Positions 35,666-45,300 of a stretch of DNA of 64,000 nt are shown here, one piece after another. A program made the position numbers and the translations under genes. The stretch is from the IMG/VR virus record IMGVR_UViG_2974723488_000001, positions 1-64,000 of that record; one strand, 5' to 3'. Each line of letters begins with the position of its first letter. Within the stretch, counting starts at the first letter, position 1. The stretch comes from a virus. Lineage: Duplodnaviria > Caudoviricetes. Below the pieces are notes generated by a model. The model made no database searches and was not told where the DNA came from. It worked only from the letters and a program-made list of their open reading frames with translations.

Positions 35666-36073
35666 ATGCAAATCACTCTGACGCAAGCCGAAATCGAACA
35701 GGCGCTGAAGAACCATGTGAACGAGATCATGACCATCAAGGATGGCATGGACTACCGCTTCGCATTCAAGGCCGGTCGTGGTGAAGACGGTCTGTCCGTC
35801 GCCATCGACATCGAGAAGGCTGCTCCGGTCACGCAAGTCCCCTCGACGCCGGTCAAGCGTGCTCCGGCCATCAGCAAGGTGGAAACGCCCGCTGCCGAAC
35901 CCAAGCCGGAAGCCAAGGTCGAACCGGCACCGCCGTTCACCCCGGACGCTGAAGTACCCATCGCGGCTCAACCGCAGAAGGAACAGGCGGCTGAACAAGC
36001 TCCCGCCCAGGAAGCTGCTGCCGAAGCCGCTCCGAAGCGTGCCAGCCTGTTTGGCGATCTGGCCAACAAGTAA
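35666..36073 (+). CDS. hypothetical protein (folded N-domain, Pro/Ala linker, KRASLFG tail)
   Basis: AGGAG RBS; MQITLTQAEIEQAL start typical of this N4-like locus. Confidence 0.7.
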   Translation: MQITLTQAEIEQALKNHVNEIMTIKDGMDYRFAFKAGRGEDGLSVAIDIEKAAPVTQVPSTPVKRAPAISKVETPAAEPKPEAKVEPAPPFTPDAEVPIAAQPQKEQAAEQAPAQEAAAEAAPKRASLFGDLANK

Positions 36074-36085
36074 TCGGGTCCAGCC

Positions 36086-36268
36086 ATGACGGCAGGAAAG
36101 CTGCTTGCGTATTTGGTGATTGCGGCCATGATGTACTTACTCCTGACATCATGGGTGCATGCGTCGGCACCATACATCGCAATTGCGCTGATTGCTGTCT
36201 TCGTCTGGAAGGTCATCCTTCCAAGAGAGACTGGCCGTCCTGATGAGGACACGCCCGACAAGCAGTAA
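36086..36268 (+). CDS. small membrane protein
   Basis: two hydrophobic segments; last gene before the strand switch. Confidence 0.6.
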   Translation: MTAGKLLAYLVIAAMMYLLLTSWVHASAPYIAIALIAVFVWKVILPRETGRPDEDTPDKQ

Positions 36269-36302
36269 AAGAGAAAGCCCCCATCACTGGGGGCTTTCTT
36301 TT
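36267..36302. terminator. bidirectional terminator at the convergence of middle and late genes
   Basis: AAAAGAGAAAGCCCCCA-TCAC-TGGGGGCTTTCTTTT. Confidence 0.85.
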
Positions 36303-39300
36303 ATTGAACCAGGTTATGCCAGGGGTTCAGGTTAGGAGCACGAAGCCCTTGACCCGGACCAATGGAGTAACCCAATCGTCCTTCAGCGAACACCGAGAAG
36401 ATGTTGTCTTCGATGGGCAAGCCCACGTTGCCAAACATCTCCGGTTTCGGAGCCACCGTTGCGAACAACGAGTGCAGCGGGTTGTTGCGGATCATGCTCA
36501 CAGCAACCTTAGCCGAACGGATCTTGAAGTTGTAGAACCAGAGCAGGCCCATCGACTCCATGTAGCCACGGAAGCGTCCAGGCAGACGGTCGTAGTTAAT
36601 GAACTCTTCCGTCACACGACCCAGGGCATCTTCCTTCGACTTTTTCTGACGTTGCGTCATATCGTCATAGATGATGGCCTTGGCCATGAAGTCGCTGTAC
36701 TCCACCGCCTTCTGAATACCCTGGAACAGAGCAGTATCCTTGGTGATCAGAGCATAACGACCAGCCGTTTGAAGACCCTTCGGCAGACGATCCACCAGCT
36801 TCTCCATGTACTGCTGCATCTTACCTTCCGAGATGAGGATGTCATCACGGCTGATACCTGCATCAGAGATGCTGCTGAACTCACCACGCTCCAGCAGAGG
36901 CCAGATCGACAGACGCTTGTGGCTATCAGTGATCGACTGGATCTCAGCTTGCAGCTTGCGTTCCTTCACTGCATCGCCTTGGGCAGCACGAAGCTCGGCT
37001 TCAGCTTCCAATTGACGCAGACGAGTCTTCAGATACTGGTTGATTTCCGAAGTCTTCTTCGGGATACCCAACACAATATCCTTCATGGGAACACCACGAC
37101 CAACCATCTGGTAGATGTTAGCCAGGAAGTTCACAGCGGGAACGATGACAGACTTCACCACGATCAAGGTCTTGGCTTCCTTAACCACGTTCTGCACCAC
37201 ATTCTCTGCACCCATCACGTACTTGTAGGCATTGTTGCCGAACACACCAAGCAGCAGCTTCTTAGTTGCGTCTTGAGTGTCCTTGCTCCAACGGCTGTTG
37301 CCAGTCCAAGCATCACCCACCGAAGCGGAACGATAACCAAAGGTGTCATTCAGCATGTCCTTGCGAACCCAGAACTCACCTTCACCGAAGAGACCCTGAG
37401 CACGATCCAGGGTTTCCTGGTTCAGCAGACGAATGGCATCAGCCATCACCGGGTCACGACGTTGCTCACGGAGATCCAGGACGTTCACGTACTGGCCCTT
37501 GTCACCGTCAGCCTTGAACATGGAATACAGCTTTTCCACCAGGGCATCATTGAAGAACTGAGCCTTGGCCTCTTCCACCTGACGACCACGCCACACACCG
37601 ACCATCTTGGCGAAATGATCATCCGCATTCAGAGCAGCCATACGAGCCGGGTCAATGGAACGCTCATAAGCGGTCACCTTACCCTGATCATCGTAGACCG
37701 GCAGCAGAGTCTCGGTGCTTTTCTCCCCTTGGCTCAACAGACGCTGCACCTGAGCAATCGTATTCCGGTCCGTGATACGACCAGCAGTCATGCCATTGGT
37801 GAAGCCGGTGTTGGTATCCACACCACCCGCAGTGCTACGCACGTTCTGTGCAATGCCTTGCGAAAAGGGCGAACGAGCCGACACCGGAGCGAAGTAGTAG
37901 CCCCGGGAACCACGGAAACGATCAGCAGACGATCCCTTGTAGTCACCGATACGGACGTAAGACTTCTCGGCCAGCGTAGCGAAATCGGCATCATCGGCTA
38001 CCACCAGGGACAGACCTTGCTGTGCTTCAGCAGGGATGTAGCCCTTGTAGGCGTTGAAGCGAGCAGCTTTGTTGGCCTTGGTCTTGCGTTGCTCTTCCAT
38101 ACGCTGGCCCACCATGTAAGCCGTGGAGAAATCCATGCCTTCCACTTCCGTCTCTGCCAGTTCCTTCAGGACAGCACGCTTGTCCGAAGGGATGGCTTCC
38201 AAGGCGTACATGGAAATCAGGGCATCCAGATCTTGAACCATGGAATCAGTAGGAGCAGCACGACCATTGCGCTTGCGTTCACCCAGCAGGTGAGCCACAG
38301 CATCCGCATTGCGGAGCAGATTGGAACCAGCCACGCCAGTGATCATGTAGTTCGCCAGTTGCTTGGCCTTGCTTTGGATCAGCTTCCAGTGAGCAGGATC
38401 AGCGGCTTGGACCTTGCCTTCCAGATCATTGACCGCACGGTCAAAGGACTTGTCCTTGGACAGCAGATCACGGACTTCATCCGGAGAGAAGTGATCACGC
38501 AGAGCAGCCACATCAGCCTTACCCAGACCAGTATGCAGAGCGGACCACTCATGGTCTTCCAGACGACGAGTGAACTTCTCAGCAATGGTAGTGGGCAGAT
38601 GCTCACGGAACTGCTGACGGTCTTGAGACACTTGACTCTTGACTGCCTTGATCATGTCATACACACCGGCATTGCTGGCAGTACGACCAACCAAGTCATT
38701 CACGAAGTCATGGAAAGGTTGCCATGCCTTGGATTTGTTCATGGCAGTCATGACACCTTCTGCAACCGCAGCACCGTTCTTCTCGGTAGCCACCGCAGCA
38801 ATCAAGCGAGCAGCCTGGGCCGTACCCTTGGCCAGCTTGGAGGCATCAGGATTGGCAATCACGCCATCGGCCTTGGCGATGGTGGAGTCTGACAGACGCT
38901 CCATCTGCTGAACGATGTAGTCGTTGGCACGGTCGATGAAGTTGCCGGTAGGGGTAGCCACCGAGTCATAGACCGTCTGACGATCCTGAGCCACTTCACG
39001 GATTTTGCGAGCCAGGGCATCCACAGCTTCCGTCACGTTGCCAGCCTTGCGAGCACCAGCCAGAGTCTGGTTGAGAGTTTGCATGGCCTTGGTTCCAGCG
39101 TTGGTCAAGATGTTGTCCAGGGACACATCCTGCTTCTGGTTCGCCTTCGGCACAGGCATCTTGGCCAGCACTTGACGCAGATCATCGTGAACCATGGCAA
39201 GGCCAAGGAACACCGGCAGCAGGCTGCTACGACCTTGAGCATCAGTCTCGGTCAGGTAGTTGCCCATGATCACGTTGTACTTCTCCTGAGCGTAGTAACG

Positions 39301-42300
39301 ATCCGAGGGATCATTCGCTTCAGGGTCAGCCATGAAGTCTTCGACCTTGGCATTCTTGGTGACGTGGCTGTACAACTCCTGAGCGTATGCCAAAGAGTTG
39401 GGATCGATAGCGGCCTGAGTACCCAGAGCAGCCACCACCATTTGGAAGGTGGATTGCTCTTGAGTGGTCATCGGGAAGCCATTGGCCTGCACGTTCACCA
39501 TCAGGCGGGTAGCAGACATCAAAGCCTGATCCACCTTCGATTGAGTCGTGATTTGGTCAACAGGATCCGTGCCGATGTAATCGGTGACCAGCTTGTCGAA
39601 GGTCTGATTCAGTTCAGCAAGGCGAGTATCAGCACCGTAAGCATGGCTCTGGAACAGAGTCGTGTCACGGGCAACTTCCATGATGGAAGGCTGCGAACGC
39701 ATGATGATTGCCGAGTTGAACAGCAGGTTCGAGAACATGTCCTCACCAACCTTGGGCATGACCTTACGACCCCAGATCAGTTGCTTGATACCGGCGATCA
39801 CATCCTTGATCAGTTGAACCAAGGAGGGAGTAGCCTTCATCTTGGAAGACAGTTCACGGTTGGTCAGGCCCCACGCCATGAACTCGTTCAAGGCAGCAGC
39901 CTTGTTCAGCGAAGCGTCGGAGAAGCCATTGTTCAGGTGATCCTGAATGGCCATCTTCGCATCGGTGTAGGCATCTTGGAATTCCGGGGATTCCTTCGAG
40001 ACATCGAATGCCACGAATTGATCCATCAGTTTTTCCAAACGGCCGACTGCCTCCGACACTGCACGACCTTGCAGTCCCAGATCCTGGCCCGTGTAATGGG
40101 CATAGACACTTTCAAACGTAGCGGCATGAACCAGTTCATGGATCAGAGTTTCGGTACGCGGCTGAGTCAGGTAGATGGTCTTGTCGTCGAAGGTAGTCCA
40201 ACCGTCGATGTTGCCCTTCTTGGCTTCGGCCAGATCAGCAGGTTCCATCATTTGCTTGCCGGTCAGTTCAGCGTACAGGTTCACCTGTTCCGGAGTACCG
40301 AACACCACCTTGTATTCCTTAGCGGCCAGGGACTTCTGAATCTCATTCAGAACAGCAGCTTGCTCAGGAGACATACGGCTGATCTTGCCCAGGTTCTTGA
40401 TGGCAGTCACCGACAGAACACGAGCACCAGACTTCGCATGCACTCGACCCACCGCTTCAAAAGCAGGGTTGAGTTTTTCTTTTTCCACCGTTGATTCGGC
40501 AGGAGCTTTCAGCTTGGCCAGTTCTTCATTGAACATCTGGTTCAGCACAGCAACCTTCTCGTCAGTGGTCAGACCCTTGAAGTCCACCGTACCCTTGTTG
40601 GTGTACGAAGCACCAACAGCACCCATCTGGTCCACGGTCACCTGAACGCGATTCATCACATTGTGACGAGCCTTCACTTCAAGAGCCGTATTAGCCAGTC
40701 GGTTACCCAGAGCCAGAGCAGCAGCTTCCAGCACTTCCGGCTTCACCTTCTCATTCCAATACTTCGGTTCGAGCAGGCTACGACGCAGAGCAGCTTGCAG
40801 ATCATCGCTCATGTTGCTGAAGTCAGCGTTCTTCATGAACTTCTGGAATGAGTCGGATACAGCCTGAGCAGGGTTACCTTGCCAGGACTTGTAGACGGCT
40901 TCGTTCGCCTTCACCGAATCTTCGGTAATGGTAGACAGTTTCATGTTCATGCCGTCGAAGATCTTCAACGTGCCGGTCGGACCATTCTTCATGGCTGCGA
41001 GTTCTTGCATCATCATGCCGTCACCCATGCCAATGGTCAGGAACGGAATACCAGCAACACCAGCATCGCTCGGGCCATAGAAGGTAGCAGGCACACGAAC
41101 GCTCTCGTCCAGAGAACGAGCAATGTGTCGATTGCCGCTGAACTCAGCAGTCTCGGAACCAGCCACGAAGAAGGTCTGGGCACCCGTCTCGATCATCGGA
41201 GCCAGGGGAGCCAAGGACTTCATGACGGCATCCATTTCCTTCTGGCTCAGGAAGTCGCTTTCCTTCCACGAAGGATCAGCAGCCTTCTTGGCTTCCATGG
41301 CTTGATCCAGGCCACGCTTGTAGGCGTCTTGCAAGAACAGGGACTGTACCTGAGTAGCCTTCTGGATCTCACGGGTAGCTTCCATCAGCGGTTCGCCGAT
41401 GGTGCTGTTGATGGCATCACGCAGGGGAGTCACGAACAGGTGCAGCATGTTGGCTTGCAGAGCCTTCATCTGGGCAGCCTTGAGCGTGTACGTCTTCGGA
41501 TCCATCTTGCGAGCATGGCCGGAACCAGTGGATTCCAACACGAGATTGCCCTTACGCAGAGTCACGGCATCCGAAGTCAGAGCTTCCATCGCATCCAGGA
41601 ACTTACCCAGCATCTCTTCTGCATGGGCAGGAGATTCCGACTGAGGCCCGAACATGGCTTCAGCAGCAGAGATATTGGGATCGGCAGCACGGGATTGCAG
41701 CACTTGGCTCATGCGCTTGTAGATCTCACCGACCATGGTGGAAACTACCTTGCCAGCAATACCAGCAGCACCGGAACCATAGACGGTAATGGTCAGCGGG
41801 TTCTTGGCAATGCCACGCTTCAGTTCCAGTTCACCGGCATCATTGACCGACAGATCGGGCAGGAACAGATCCATCAAGGTCTGAAGCTGCGTCATCTGGT
41901 TCGACAAAGCAGGATCACCGCGCAGAGATTCACGCAGCACCTTGACGTTAGCCGCCAGTGCATCCGTGGTCGTCTGGTACAAGTCACGGCCGTCCACCTT
42001 GGAGTAGTGGTCGTTCAACGTCTTGCCGGGTTCACCCAGGAACATGCCACCCTTGGCCATGTTGGTCACCCACTGCGAAGTGAAGCGGCCACCGGTCATG
42101 AGAGCCATGGCATTGATGGGACCGTTGGTCTTGCCGTCAGCTTCCACATACAGGGGAGTATTGAATTCGCTGCGATTCTCTGCATGCAGATAGCGAGCGT
42201 ATTCCTGGAGAGCCATCAGGCCAACGAACGAAGGCTTACCACCCAGAGCCTTGCGGATGACATCCACAGCATTCGGGGGAAGTTCGGATTCATTCTGGAA

Positions 42301-45300
42301 GGCACGGATCATCTCGACAGCTTCAGCCATCGGACCCTTCAGCATACCCATCACTTCATTGACTGCATCAGCACGAGGTTTCGTCTCGACCTTCACACCC
42401 AGAGCCTGGGCAAGACCCAAAGCAAAGGCAGAGAAGTCAGCCGTATTCTCGTTACTCAAATCCAGAGTGGACTGAGTGGGCAGCACTGCTTCACGCATCA
42501 GCTTGCTGGACTGGGGGTTGTACTTACCCAGCATCTGCATACGACCGACACGGGTCATGTTGTAGCCGTAGAAGATCGGTTGATCATCCACTTGGCTCGT
42601 CAGTTCCGACAGTTGATCGAATGCAGCAGCAATGGAACGGTTCTGACCATCCATGGAGCGAGCATCATTGATGTTCAGGACTTCTTCATCCATCTTTCCA
42701 TTGGCGAAGAGTTCCAGAATACCTTCACGACCCAGTGCTTCATACAGACGAACCGTAGGATTGTGAACGTAGAACGGAGTGTTCTGCTCATTGCGGATAG
42801 CACGAACCTGATCCGGAGTGTTCTCAACACCAGGATTACGCAGTTGAGTGCGTGCAACGGGAGGACGATCCTCACCAATGAACAGCTTCTCTTCCGGATT
42901 GACCAACACTGCCTCTTCGATGGCAGTGGGGTACTGGCGAACAGCATCATCATCCTCCAGAGGACGGATGCGATACAGGTTCACTTCACGGACCTTGCCG
43001 GGTTCACCGTCAGCCAGGATGTTGCCCATGTCGTCGATGGCGATGTTCTGGACTTCCACATCCCCACGCTTGACGAAAGCAGCCAGAAGCTCAGAAGCCA
43101 CGGCAGCAGGAATACCCTTGGTGTAGCCAATGGGAGCGTCGGGATTGCGTTGCAGTCCCCAGTAGGACTCGACCTTTTGAGCCAAGGCATTCACAGCCTC
43201 GACAGCAGTCATGCCATTCTGGAAATCGGTCAGCAGGCTATCAGGCACCAGACTTTCATCGATACCCAGGATGGAAGCCACGTCTTTCATGTCCTTAACG
43301 GAACCACGAGAGACAGCAGTCAGACGCCATTGCAGACCAGCCAGAACTGCGGTTTGCAGCAGACTTTCGTTGTACTGCAAAGTGTCACCAACCTGTTCCG
43401 TGATATTCAGGCTCTTGCCCATCACCCAACGGTTCGGTTCACGATCCAGCTTGGACATGATCTTGTCGTTAGCCACGAACTTGGCGAGCGAATCACGCAT
43501 GTTCTGGGCAACCAGACGACCGACTTCCATCACATCCTTGTAGGACGAAATCACATCACCATCCAGCTTCGAGTTGGCTTCGGCACCCAGGTGAGCAGCC
43601 ATACGAGCATTGCTGGTCAACACCTTGGCAATGTCTTCCAGCGGAGCTTCGGAACCAATGACGCGAGTACGGGCTTCGGTCGGCAGAGTGAAGGAATTCG
43701 TGAACTGGTTCTTCTCGATCAGGTTCGGGTAAACGGCAGCAGTCCCCGTCTTTTCGACGGTAGGTTCTTGGACAGGAGCAGCAGGCGTTTCCGGAGTTAC
43801 GTCTTCTTGCTTTGCCTCTACCACAGGTTCGGCTTTCGGGGGTACAGTGGCGGCAGGTTCCTCGGTAACAACCGGGGGTTCTTCCTTCACAACTTCTTCA
43901 GCGGGTGCAGCCTTCTTTGCTTCACGAGCGACATCAAGATCGCGTTGACGGAAAGACTTCACCACCTCGGATGCAGGCGCGTCCAGACGCTGATCCAACG
44001 GGACCAGTTCAACATGATCGACCTTCAACTCCGGGTAAGCCGTAGCGAGGGCATTGGCAATTTCGCCGACCGTTTTTGCCTCAAGTCCCACTTGCTGGGC
44101 AAATTTGACCGACTTGGTGTCATAGGGGTTTACCCCGAGTCCCTTGCGGCTCTCGACCCAATCCCGTCCAGCAGTGAGGGATTGATACTTGACCGAACGA
44201 TTCGGATCACCATTCCCCGAAATCAGATGCTCATTGAGCGCTCCGACCTTGTTCTGCATGTGCTGGGCGAACTTGAGAAAGTCGTCAAGGCGAGCGGCGG
44301 CGAGATCGAGGTTACCCGCGTTGTACGCCGAACGAATCCCCTTCGCATGTTGAAGCGCCGAATACTGTCCTTCTGCTCGCGTTTCATCCGTCTTGATCTG
44401 TTTACCCACAATGTCTTGCGGACGAAGACCAAGGCGTTCCGCCTCTAAGTCGAACTGACGAGCACCCTGCAACAGAGCCGATGCACTCTTCAGTGCAGCC
44501 AACTGCGAGTTGTTCAGGGCAATCTTCCCTTCCGATGCATGCTTCAGGATCTGGCCAATCACTTCGGGATTGGCTTTTTCCGGGGCAGCTTCAGCCTGAG
44601 CCACAGCCAACTTAATGTTCTGTTCACCAGCCGGAGTAGCGATATTGGCTTCCGTCACCGGCTTCACTTGAGCTTCGGACAGCATTCCCTGTACCGCACG
44701 CAGAGCACGCAGTACCTTCGGGGTATTCCCCAGGTTCGCAGCCAGATTGCTGAATTGAGCCAGGGCTTCCTGAGCCGGGTGATCAGCAGGCAGCTTTTCG
44801 ATAGCCGAGGGCATACGCTCGAAGAAGCCTTCCATGGTTCCAACCATGTCATGCAGCGTCAGCGATGCAGCCATATGGGCATCCGAACCTTCATCCGACT
44901 TGTTGATCAAGTCGGAGAGCTTCTCGAATGCTTCAGCACGAGTGGTAGCCGTGGACACAGCATCCTTCACCTCTTGAGGCATGGACGGCTGATCCAGTTC
45001 AGCAGGGTTGAACTTGGCAGCATTGACCAGATCGTCAATGTACTGATTGGCTTCGGTCTTCTCTTCCGGAGTAGCCTTTACCGATTCCACTGCTTCCTTC
45101 ATGGTGGCAGCAGCTTGATCAGCAGTCTGTACAGCTTCAGCCGCAGCAGCTTGAACGGTACGGTCAGCAACCGGGCTGGCCTGTTCATTCTGCTTCATGA
45201 CCGCTTCACCACGAGCCATGATGGGAGACAGTGCCGTGTTGGCAGCAGCCTTCACAGTATTCAACGTTCCCTTCATAACCGCAGCAGCGGGGGCTACAGC

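Noticed and set aside
36304-44013. Very long + strand ORFs opposite vRNAP (862, 471 and most of the 1189 aa ORF), and similar shadows opposite portal, primase and rIIA/rIIB
   Set aside because: Expected shadow frames: the genome avoids TTA/CTA/TCA codons, and the translations are Q/H/S/G-rich without RBS. Only 44014-44448 shows an independent codon anomaly.
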